A stretch of DNA of 64,000 bases from assembly GCA_950097015.1 (NCBI GenBank), contig CATNEN010000038.1, positions 24,490,001-24,554,000 of the forward strand. Direction: 5' to 3'. The DNA comes from Macrostomum hystrix. Taxonomy: Eukaryota; Animalia; Platyhelminthes. Made by a program: the position numbers and the translations under genes. Position 1 is the first letter of the stretch; every line of letters starts with the position of its first letter. This document shows positions 35,430-46,950 of the stretch, piece after piece. The notes beneath the pieces are model-generated. The model saw only the letters and a list, made by a program, of their open reading frames with translations. It was not told where the DNA came from and did no database searches.

Positions 35430-38400
35430 TCCTAACTAGGCACGCCGGCGAGACACAACGCCTGTGAGGTATGAGTCAGTCCAGGCCCACGGGCTCAGGT
35501 CTGCGATGCCTCACACCTGCAGTCGCTTCTTGAGCAGGCTTGAGAGGAAGGAGCCCTGTGCCTTCGGGTGCAGGGAATCCCTCCTCCACGCTGTCCCGTA
35601 CCCATATGGGTACACGTCCCGCGAGTGTTCAAGGCTGACCATAGGGCAGCCGGAAAAAATGGGCAACAGCGCTGCATGCCCCATCCAGGGCCTCTGGCCG
35701 AACTGGGTACCTCTAGCCCTGACTGGAGGGAAAGGTGTCACCCTTTGACCTTAACAGGTTATGCGGCCAGTCCACAGCGTCGTGCACCTGTGCGTGATCA
35801 GGCTACGGCTCTGAGGGAAAGGTGACACCCTTTGACTTTACAGGGTATGCAGCTAAACTGCGGGTCTGGCGCTGCTTTTTGTCGCTCTCTAAGGCCCAAG
35901 GTCTCACTGTGCCGAAGGGCGCTTGTCCGGGGAGTAGTCCGCGGTCTTTAGCGGTTTCAATCTTTTTATTCTTTTTCTCCTTTTCTTGTGCGTCACCACG
36001 TTGACCCTTCTCCCGCTTTCAGCGATGGCTTCTTCTGCCCATTCTTTTAAAGAAAACGAAACCGGGAACCCCCCGGTTGCTCCGGCCGCTCCCAACAGCG
36101 CCAACGTCACCCCAAATGGGTGGCTACCGGACCCGCTGCCGCCCTATCTGACGGGAGATCCGTCTCCGGGCCTCTAGACAACCGGTCCAAGGAAGCCCGC
36201 CACGGCCGCAGCCAACGCCTCAAGGAGCGGTGACGGCGGCAACGTGAGAGGGAGGCCGCGGCTCGGCAGTCCGCGGAGGTGGTGCCTCCAGTGGTCGAAG
36301 GTGCGGTTGGGCCGAAAGGAGCCACCGTCACCTCAGCCCCTCAGGAAACCGCCTCCGCTGGGTCACCACCCGCCGAGCCCAACATCCAACATCATCAACG
36401 TGGCTGGGCCATCTGGAGCCGCCGCACATGCAACGGTGCCGAGCGAGGCCCCGGCCAGCCAACAATCTACCAAGGCCAAGGAGTCCTACGCCTCCAAGGC
36501 CAGCGCCATGCTCCAACCCGCGGTCATTATTTTTGGGGAAGAGCAAGACCTCACGACCGAGCAGCTCGACAGTGCTGGCGCATCGTCGACGCTGCGCTCA
36601 TTGACCGGCTCCTGGCAGGCCGCCCTGTGAGTGTGGTCAAATCGGCCAAAACGGACGGCTGCATCTTCATCTGGTGCAACTCGGAGGAGAGCAGTCGAGC
36701 TCTACGCGAGCTTCTGCCACAGCTAAAGTGGCCTAAGAAGCTCGGCAAGCTTACCTTCGCCAGCGAAGGCCAACGCCTTAAGACCGAGCGCTTCCGCGTT
36801 TGGATTCCGGATGGCAGTGCCATCAAATCTAGGGATCAGCTTAGGCAGATTCTGCTGAAGCTGCACCTCGACCTTGAGGCAACGGGCTCCTCCACCATAC
36901 CTCCTCCCGCAAGGAGACGGGGTTCAGGTGATCCTGTGGCTCTCGGATGCGTGGACCAAGCGCTTGCCGCCAAAGTCCATCATTCAACTTGGTCTAACTC
37001 AGCTGACCATCCTCCGCTGCGAGGAGCGGAATGCTGACGAAGCCAAACAAGCCAAAGCTCCCGAGTCCGGACCCGGTAAAGCAGCTCGCGCTGCCGAATC
37101 TGGACCTCGCGACCGCAGGTCTTGCAGGTCCACCCGGAGATCTGGGCAGGTCCAGCAAGCACTGGACTCTCAGGGAGGCGGTTAAATGCCCAGGTTTCCT
37201 GCTCTCTCTTTGCAGCCTCTATCGAGCCGGAATCACGCTCGGGTACGTCCCGCAGACATGGACCGAGGCGAAGGTTATATTTATCCCGAAGCCAGGCCAC
37301 CCGGACTACAAGTCCATTAAATCCTTCAGACCATTCAGCCTAACCACATTCCTGGTCAAGCTGATGGAGAGACTAGTGCTTTGGCGCCTTCTCTTAGTGG
37401 AACTGAAGAACACGCCGCTCAGCGACAACCAGCATGCTTTTCGGGCGGGTCGCTCCACCGAAAGCGCGCTGCACGTTCTGGACGACAAATTGGAGAAAGC
37501 TGTGCTTAGCAACAGCTTCGCTCTAAGTGTCTTCCTGGACATTGATGGTGCCTTTGACAACGGTCCTCTTCGAGGTGTTCCGCAAAGCCCTTTGTTAGAG
37601 ACACACTCACTCGTCCCTCACCAGATGGATCATGTATATGATCAGTCATCGCACGGTCACTGCCAACCTGCTGGGCCACCAACGGACGGTCCCCGTCCGC
37701 AAAGGGAGCCCGCAGGGAGGGGTGCTCTTTCTTATTCTCTGGAACATGGTCATTGCATGACGAGCTCCTCCAGGACGCCCGTCCTGACCCAATCCTGAAC
37801 GTGAGTTATGCGGACGATATCACTGCTGTGGCGTCTGGCCCATCCCCTGATACTCTCCGGGACCTCCTTCAGAATTTCATCCACTCTGCTGAGAAATGGG
37901 CGGGTCGCTGTGGTCTGAAGCTCTCCGAGACTAAGACTGCAGTGATCATGTTCACCAGCAGAAACAGGTGGCAGATACGGCCGCTTAGGCTTTACGGTAA
38001 GGAAATTTCCTTCTGTAAGCAAACCAAATGCCTAGGGATCACTCTGGACCATATGCTGAAATGATCTCCCCATGTTCAAACATAAACCAAGAGGGCCCTC
38101 GCGATCCTCGCGCAGCTGCGAAGTGCCTTTGGCACCACCTGGGGGCTCACCCCCAAGCGCCTCTGGTGGATCTATACTGCAACGGTCAGGCCAGCTGTCT
38201 CGTATGGCAGCTTGATCTGGGCCAGCGCCCTGCAGATGAGGACCTGCCTGGAGGCACTTAGGAGAACGCAAGGGCATGCATGTCGCATGACCATGAGTGC
38301 CCCACCGTCTGCTCCTTACGACCGCCCCAGTGCATTCCTCGACGCTCCCCCCGTTTGACATTTTTGTCCGCAGGGAAGCCGCTAAAACAGCTCGTCGGCT

Positions 38401-38466
38401 CATTGACGCCGGCGTCCGCTTCCCGCCGCAAAGAGCCATGGCAAAGCGCAAACTTCTGTCTCACAC
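35430..38466 (+). mobile_element. Degenerate Loa-like LINE: 5'UTR, frameshifted ORF1 and RT fragment; endonuclease deleted, 3' truncated
   Basis: ORF1 pieces (ESYASKA, IFIWCNSEES, RFRVWIP; DUF4780-like by recall) at about 36024-37170; RT from EAVK through SYADD to AKRKLLSH aligns with the element at 53-3163; stops and frameshifts present. Confidence 0.9.
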
Positions 38467-39439
38467 CGTAGTTTCCTATCAGAGGCTAGTGGTGGATGCC
38501 TAATGTCGAAAAATTGTTTATTAAAAGTGTCGTCCATTTCTTTAGTCTTGGCGATGATTTCGTCCCCGAACGCTATGCCGGAGGACGATTGTTAGAAGCT
38601 CTTGCCCGAAAGGGTCTTTCCAAAAGACGCCAAAGCTCTTTGTGTTACGACTGATGCTGAAAGAATCGAGATTGTTGATCCCTTGGTGCAGATGTTGGAG
38701 ATCTCCGCTTTTAGCTCAGCGAGTATCTCAGATTTTGGGTTTGTGGAGCGAGCATCGCGTTCGTGGCAGAGAGAGCTGGCTTCGCAGGTAATGTCAATAT
38801 TTTTATCGCGAAAGCGCCCTGGGGTAATGTGCGTATGATATCGCGGAAAAGTTTTTCTTCGGGATGACGATGAGTGGGACGCTGAACGGTTCCCAATTCA
38901 AACAGCTGCTCTATTTTGCAGCCCGATTTGCTTTTTTGCAGATAACAAAAGTCCTTTTGGGCCCGCTGAGAGTCGATACCTGGATGGTCCGTCTTTTGAC
39001 TTACTTCAACGAGTTCGAACACTGACGCGGGGATCAACGTCGCTATATTCCCAGTTGGCTAATTGGAAAAATCTTCTGAACGAACGTTTCATTCAATATT
39101 ACAGCGACGTTCACCGTAAACTACGAACAGTTTACCCAGTATAATACCGCCAGAACCCGGATCCCGGATGGTCAAAACAAACCACCAAACCAAGCGGTAA
39201 TTTGCCAAAGGAACACAGATCTTACCACCACGCTCATCGCCCACATTCTCGGGCACCCTAACACACACAGAGCCGAAAAAACAATTTTCCAATTGTGTTC
39301 GAGCAGCTATCGTGTTGCGTTCGAACAGCCATGATAGCTCTTGGCCACAGTCGAAGCTGTGGGTGGGACTGCAGCTCGGCTGTTGTTGCTCCCTTGGCAT
39401 GGGCTTGTGTACCGCGCTAGCTGTATATCGCACCGCTGA

Positions 39440-39835
39440 ATGTCATAGGCCTAGGGGGTACCGCGCCTGCAGGTCCGCCGTCAAGCCGTTGACTTCAGCT
39501 ATTCGGGCAGCTAGCTGTCCACTTACGTCGACGTGGAAGCCCAGTTTCTCCATCAGGTCTCTTCCGATGATGTTGTCGCCGCCTGGCCTAACGAAAAACT
39601 GGTGCTTCATCGCCTTGCCGCTATACCGCACCTTCTACCGGACCTTCTCAAGCGGACATCCCAATCCTGCAATAGAACCTCAACGGTTTGCGGGTTCGGC
39701 GTCCGGCTCTCAAAATGCTCGCGGTTAATCGTTGCACCATCGCCTTGGCCTTCCTTGGATGCTTCGTCGATGAAGAACGCGATGCTGAGCGGCGCTTTCT
39801 CTAGGGTTAAGTCCTTTAACTCCTGGTGGGTTGAC
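39440..39835 (-). mobile_element. Gypsy-like LTR retrotransposon relic (gag and aspartic protease fragments)
   Basis: ELKDLTLEKA (gag-like) and HQFFVRPGGDNIIGRDLMEKLG (retropepsin C-terminal GRD motif); the catalytic DTG is missing. Confidence 0.6.
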
Positions 39836-41511
39836 TAATTGAAAACAGATAAGTACTGTCATAACAATACATTTAGCATAGAATTTTTTAGTTCTATGCT
39901 TATGTTCATGCTTCTATGCTATAGCATATAAATCAAAATTTGACTTATGTTCCAACAAACAACTGAGTTTTCTTTTTGGCTTTTATTATTAATTAATTAC
40001 AGTTCTTACACTTCTTACAGTTTTCTTACTTTTTTATGCCAGTCAAGTTTTTATTACAAAGGTAATACATGTCCTCTTCGATTAATGCAGTTAAATTTAT
40101 ACTTTTCGCTCTAATTTAAAATTGCAGATAATTGCAAAAAGTGTGTCACTATGTGTCACGTGGTCACAGCACTCATTTGTTTAATGTCAATCGTATGACA
40201 AAAGCCGCAAAGAAGCAGAGAAAGCACAATTTAAATGAGAATGGAGTTGTTGTTGTAGCAGTTGTAGCAGTATATGGTGAAATAATTGACCCATGCCTTT
40301 AAGTGAGGCAGAAATGGGATCATACGACGCCTCCAAAAAAGCCGTCAGAACACACTTAAAAAGTTTATTCAGTAGCTAATCATTGGCGAAACTATTCATC
40401 CCGCTCATTTTAAGCATTTATAGTTTGGCGTCAGAGTTGGACATACACTGTTGCTAAATTTTTGCTTAAAGTGAAAAATGTCTGTCGGAAAGTGTCTGTC
40501 GGGGATTTTATTTTAATATTTTAATTAGAAATTATTATTTTAGATACCATTGTAGAAGGGTCTTGGTTTAAAGAGTATGTTTCAATATTATTATTTTTCA
40601 TTATTTGTAATTTATTGCACGCGTACTCAATTTCTACCCCCCATGCGCTGAGTCATTTTCTCTCTGGCGGCAACTCATTCTTGGACTTCAGCATGTACGT
40701 TTATTTGCCCACCCCAATTAAATTGATTTAAATAGACTACTGGTCGTTAGCAGCGCTGAGAGTGACCGCGTCGTTTATAGCCTATAGTTTCAAAGCTCAA
40801 TTGACGGCCTACTTAGTTTCTTTTCAATAGTTGAGAACTATAGCTCACAAACAGGTCTTATATAGTAAAAGAGGTTAAGAGCAAGGCGGTGGTTCTTTTG
40901 GTTTGTTTGATTGATCTTGTAACCAAGTCAAAGGGGGGAAAGAAGAGGCGTAAAGATTATCCGCAGTGGCCGTCGTTTATTTATGGTCAGACGGAGCATC
41001 GCCGGAAACTGCTAGAACATTCTGCGCATAATAACAAAACAGGAATAAACTATTTATTCTACTTAGTTCTGAAATATTCATTTGTTGTACTTAAATACTA
41101 TAATTGTAAAAAAATTGAAATAATTTAAATGTGAGCATTGAAATTAAATCATAGAAACTTCTAAAGATTTGAGCAAAGACCACTAAAAAGAAGGAAGAAG
41201 ACACTTCTTCTAGTGGTCCTTGGATTTAAGTCGTACTTTTGTAATAAAATAGAAAGTCGAAGGCCGGGTTCAAATCTTCTGATATTCAACCTCGGTGCAA
41301 ACTGCGAATCAGCGCGAACTCTTATTCATTGACTTATTTATTTTATTATATATTTAATATAATCGTTAAAACAAATTTATAACAATTAAAAAGCAATCAA
41401 TGATAAATACGAAAGGTAACACGTTGCAATATAAAAATGGCATAAATATAAAAAGTCGTACATTTAAAATGAGTACCTAAGAATATTACACTTTACGAAG
41501 AAGTTTCTAAT

Positions 41512-42312
41512 TATACCTTTTAACAGTGTTGTTGGGCATAAGTGAAATTTATCTAGTCCAAGTGCTCCTACCACTGAGCGAAGTGAGATTGATTTAGTCG
41601 CTTCAATTAGCTTGCAGCCATAGACGGTGAATTCAATATAGTCGTTTTTAGCGCGCGCAACGAGATCGTGACTTTTATTTAGTCAAAGTGAAATGAATAC
41701 GGTCAACGAGATCGTAAACTTTCATAAAAGGCGCAAAAACACATAAGATGTGTAAGATGTAAGATGTAAGATGTAAGGTGTAAGATGTAAGATGTAAGGT
41801 GTAAGATGCAATGGCAGCACACAACTAGTGACCGTCAGGCAAACAAAACTGTTCAGTGTTCAATTAGGCAACGATGTCCTCCATGGCTATGCAGCGCGGT
41901 ACATAGCGCGACTTTCTCGGTGCCAGGCTTCGCAGTGCAGCTGTGTAACTGCGCTCATACAGTCTTCCAGTTCACGCTCCAGAATGCGTGCGCGGTGTTC
42001 CTGCAGCGTAATGCCTAACGCGGCAGCTGCATTCCATGGAGCCTCCATGGAAAGAATTCTATGATTCAGCAAATTCTATAGCCAAACAGGAACTCTAAGC
42101 GGACTAAATAAATTTCACTACGACTAACTTTAAGTCACGGTAAGCTCAGCGCTAAGCAAGAGCGACCAATATATATTTCACTTTTCCTCAATCGTCTATG
42201 GCCAAAATCAACAGCTAGACTATATCAAACTCACTTCACTCAGTGGTAGGAACACTTGGACTAAATAAATTTCACTTAGGCCCTATGCCCAACAACACTG
42301 TTAAAGGGTATA
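41512..42312. mobile_element. Fold-back/MITE-like element with about 120-bp imperfect TIRs and TA-flanked ends
   Basis: TATACCTTTTAACAGTGTTGTTGGGCATA...TATGCCCAACAACACTGTTAAAGGGTATA; internal (TGTAAGA)n. Confidence 0.8.
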
Positions 42313-42626
42313 TTATTATCGAACTTTCGCGAACGTCACTACAACATAACATTAGCCTAGTCCAAAGAAATACAAACAAAAATAATTCTGTAATCCATGT
42401 ATTACTGATATATATTTTTCTGCTCTTTAACCAGAAATGTAAAAACTATAGACATTTGTCCAGTTAACTATAAAAAATATATAATTGTCTGGAACTGGAC
42501 AAATAACAACTGCCTACATAATATAATATACCACTATACTTGCATAAGGCCTTTGGATATAGCTAGAAATTCTAGATGTATGCCTCTATAGAATTTTAGG
42601 CCCTATGCTATGGCTGTCATCAGGAT

Positions 42627-42854
42627 CAGTGGTGTAGCCAGCAGGGTATTGGTATATTAGCCAATACCTAAAAAATTCTGATAGGGGCCTATCTCAATTT
42701 TTTTGCATATAGTTTCTTTTAGAAATGAATAGGGCCTAAATTGTTATTTTTTATTTTACTCTTATTATTATTTTTTTTATTTCCAGCATAGCAAATTACA
42801 CTGGATAGAACCTAATCAAAACCAGTACCCTAGAAAATCCTGGCTATTCCCCTG
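42627..42854. mobile_element. Old hAT-like MITE
   Basis: Imperfect TIR CAGTGGTGTAGCCAG...CTGGCTATTCCCCTG; no clear TSD. Confidence 0.5.
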
Positions 42855-43148
42855 GGGCCTGATTAGGATGCAAGTGATCATAATAGCCCCAAGTCTTGGC
42901 CCTTGGGTATTTGGTCATACCTATGTATGTGGCCAGCATATTTTTAAGGGACACTGATGATAGCCACTTTTAGCAAGGTGTCAGGATGCATGAGTGTATA
43001 ATAAATGTATAGCTAGGCTATAGTAGAGAAAGATTCTATCCAATTTGGTAGCAGGATATTTTGGTACCAGTGGCAGTGATTGCTTTTCAGTAAATCTCTT
43101 CTGTGACACTTAAACTATGAGGGCTAAAAAACTTACCTTACTGATAAC

Positions 43149-44011
43149 CCATAGTCAGGAAGGTGGCAGAGTGTGCGCCCGAACAAATTTTGGCCTCTCC
43201 CAAAATTGTGCGCAGTGCGCCGACACAAAAACCCTCGTGTGCGCCGTTGTGCGCCCGCCACTACCTGCCACTACCTACCTAACTACCTCATGGACCTCCT
43301 CGATCTCATTCTCATTGTCATTGGCCTGATGACTCAGAGTCTGAGTCTGACTTTGACTCGGCGTCACCGTCGGCCTCAGATTCCGATTCCGATATTCATC
43401 TTCAATTTGATCTTGATCTGGATCTGGATCACTACTAGCATTTGCATTTGCATAAGGCGAACTCATTCTATTCTCATAAATGAATAAATGAATGAAATAA
43501 ATAAACGTTACACGAGAGTCGAGTCACGAGACAAGAGAATATAATGGTTAATACGGGACGGTTACTGGCTATCTATATAATTATATTATGAGAAATTGAG
43601 ATCATTAAACCAAAAATAGAAATTTAAAAAAATTTTATTTTAATTTCTACTTTTTAAAACAAAACAAACATAAAAAGTAAGCAAATGGCAAAAACAAAGG
43701 TAAAAAAGAAAAGGAAAATATTTTATTTTATTTTTTATTTTTTGGTAGAATGCAGTGTTACATTAGATAGAACAGTGAATAGTGTACTGTAACAAGTAAC
43801 GACTTACATCGTTACATGGGATCGCCACAAGGGTAACGCTGCATGTGGCGCGGCGCCCGCCGCACCGCGCCGCCATGCGCCGGTGTCCTCTGGTGTGCGC
43901 CGCTGTGCGCCAGTGCGCTGTTGTGGCGCGCCGTTGTGCGCCGTTGTGTGCCCAAAAAGGGCTTGTGTGCGCCGGAATTTTCCGACCAAACTGCCACCTT
44001 CCTGACTATGG
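43149..44011. mobile_element. Young non-autonomous DNA transposon with 21-bp TIR and 8-bp TSD
   Basis: Perfect TIR CCATAGTCAGGAAGGTGGCAG; TSD CTGATAAC at 43141-43148 and 44012-44019; subterminal GCGCC repeats. Confidence 0.92.
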
Positions 44012-44164
44012 CTGATAACTCAAAAAGGCTAACAAAAAAATTGTATACAGCATTGCAACAAAGTTAAAAAAATTTTCTTTGATTTTTTTGGCAGCATACC
44101 ATATTACATGATCTGTACAAAACAATTTTGCAACAATTTTAAAACAAACAAATGTAGCAGCCGT

Positions 44165-44436
44165 CATACATGCGCAACCTCCCAAATCTTAGCCGGCCGT
44201 GCGACTTAGTTTTTGCTCTCATTTGCGACTTAGTTCATTTCATTGCTCTATTTACGACTTAGTTTGCTCTCATTTGCTCTCTTTTTCTGTCCCCTTTTTC
44301 CTTTTCTTCACGCCTTCCTTTTTTGTCCCTTGGTCCCCCCTTTGATTTTTTTGCGCTTGGTCAATTGGTTTTTGCGACTTACCTTGCTTGGCCCTCGTTT
44401 CACCTGGCCGGGTCGGCCGGGTGTTGCGCATGTATG
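44165..44436. mobile_element. hAT-like MITE, copy 2
   Basis: TIR CATACATGCGCAAC; 8-bp TSD GCAGCCGT/GCAGCGGT. Confidence 0.88.
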
Positions 44437-44736
44437 GCAGCGGTTCTCGCTGTGCAGTATTTATTTGCCCTAATTTCTATGTTTTGTAATTTTGGTCTCA
44501 CGTGAGTAACGTGTTACCTATGGTAGCTGAATGTGCCAAAGCGGTAAGGCACTCCCTAATATTCTAATTCCAGTCTCCCGGGGCTTTGCGTGGTGGATTG
44601 AAGTTGCCCAGTAGTCACGATCGGTAGACTGGAGGGGTGGGAATTCCTTCTTAATACAGTCGGGAATTGTATATTTATATCTTACTGATCATACATTACA
44701 TATGATTTCAATATAGTTATCTGTCTTAAGTAATAC

Positions 44737-44847
44737 ACTCTAAACAGTAAGGCAATACGCCTTACTGTTTAGAGTATTATATCAACAATACGTTGATATA
44801 TCCTAAATAAAGACAATACGTCTTAGCTAAATCAACAATACGTTGAT
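44737..44847. other. Cluster of four hairpins with an identical AATAC loop
   Basis: Perfect stems of 17, 9, 5 and 6 bp, each closing C-AATAC-G. Confidence 0.85.
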
Positions 44848-46076
44848 ATAACTTATCAATTATTTTAGAACTAGTACAGTTCAAATTTGGATAGAACTAA
44901 TACAGTTGTAATCCTCGTTCAAATAATAAACACAAAGTTATTAATTTCAGAAACACTAGTTAAAATTGCTTTCTATGTTGAATATTGTTATTGTCAAAGA
45001 TGAGGTTATATTTTGAGGACCTAAAACCGCTACTATTTATACAAAACGATTGGGGTGGCAAGGAAAACTTAAACAAACATTGTAACTAAATTCTTTTTTA
45101 AACAAAAAGACTAATTATTACATGAAAAATAAAAGTGTTTAATATACTAATAGAATACATTTTATAATATGATTTGTTGACAAAATTTATTTACACAGAA
45201 AAAATTTAAAACAATAATAATAAAATTCTAAAACGATACTAATAAATTTCTAACTATCTCACAAACAGAACAATTTTAAAGGGGTACAGTTTTGGTGCAA
45301 TTCCTGCAGCTGTTAGCTGCTGATGTTGCTTCATACAATAAGCAAATGCATAAAAATACAGTGTAGAATAATTAAGTAAAATCTGAGATTAAGTCAGTAA
45401 AATTTGAAGAAGGGAATACTTCACTATTGGAAATTAGAAAAAATCCTTTATTTTAGAAATTGGCTTCCTACAGTTTTTGTTATTTTTTTGTTTTACTGAT
45501 AAACAACAACTATATACGCCAGGTCTCTCAAGGTCCATGGCATCAGAAGACATGCTTCAAGGCCTGGGCATGAACAAAAGCAGGGCCCTTGGCAGTGTCC
45601 GGGGCGCCAGCATCAGCTAGCAGGCAGTTGACAAAATGCCAGTTCGCGCTTGCCCCTGCCAGTAGGGTGCCTGTGTTGTCAGCAGAAGTACCTCTTGCAG
45701 GGCTAGGGGCTCATAAACATAAATCATAACTCATAAAACAAAGGCTGATAAGATTAAAACAAATTTGTAGGACTATTTGTAGAAAAATGACTTACATATG
45801 TCAAGTGTATAAAGAATAATGTTTACAAATTAATTATTAATTGCACCTTGACTGCATTCAGTAGACATTTCTAACGTTGGAGCTACTTTAACATATCTTA
45901 TAGCTAGATTAAAGAGTTTGTTCTTTAATTAGTTTTTTAAATTAATTGATACTACTTCCCCACTTTAAAGAGTATATTAAACATTTTAAGTTCATAGTTG
46001 TCATGAAATGAATTGTAATAAATTAACAAATACAGAATAATCAACCCTTTTTTCAGCAAAGCAAAAACTGCTAAGA

Positions 46077-46268
46077 ATGATCATCCCAATTCGGTGCTTC
46101 ACCTGCGGCAAAGTTGTCGGTGACAAGTGGGAGCAATTTATTAACATGCTCCAGGGTGGTTACGGCGAGGGCGACGCGCTTGACATGCTGAAAATCAATC
46201 GCTACTGCTGTCGCCGCATGCTCCTGTCCCACGTGGATCTGATTGAGAAGCTGCTCAATTATGTTTAA
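46077..46268 (+). CDS. POLR2L: RNA polymerases I, II and III subunit RPABC5 (RPB10)
   Basis: [15 protein letters not shown]...[21 protein letters not shown]; acceptor TTTTTTCAG 20 nt upstream of the ATG. Confidence 0.95.
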   Translation: MIIPIRCFTCGKVVGDKWEQFINMLQGGYGEGDALDMLKINRYCCRRMLLSHVDLIEKLLNYV

Positions 46269-46950
46269 ACTTTTTTTTTTAATTATTATCTTGTAAATGT
46301 AACTAAATCTCGTGGAACTTTGCTGCAGAAATTATAAATATTTTAACAACATTTTCGCTTAAACTCTAGTGGGGGTTGCCTGTTAGCTTGTTGGTTTGTA
46401 AGGGTGGCATTTTTATTTATTATTTTAAACCAAAAAAGTTTAGGCCGTTTGAATACTTAAATCACAGTCAGTTATAGTACTTTAAATATTTACAAAAAAA
46501 TATTTGTATTATGTCTATTATGTCAGAAAACCGTTCAACGTTAGTTGGAAACCTGTTGCGACAATGGTGTTTTTTATTTTTTAAATGAGAAAGCATTTTC
46601 TTAAATAAAATTACAACTGCATACACCATGTTTGCGTTTTCGGTTAAAAACTTTTTGGCGTTTGTTCTGTTTAACTTATTCATTTTAAAGTTTTTATATA
46701 AATTATATTTAGGTGTAGGTGCACGAGTGCAAATATTTTTTTGAGCTGACGTAAAATTTTTTGGGTGTAGCGGCTCCCAGTCCATGGACTGGTCAGGTGT
46801 ACGCAGCTTTTGTTAGCGTCTAAAACTGTGCCTCTAATAATGTTAAGTTCGTGCTCACTAATAATAGCTACTGTCAAAGTAGAAATATTCTGACAGTTTG
46901 TCACTCTCGAGTAGTATTCTGATCCAGCTTTTCGTTGCAATCCAAACTAG

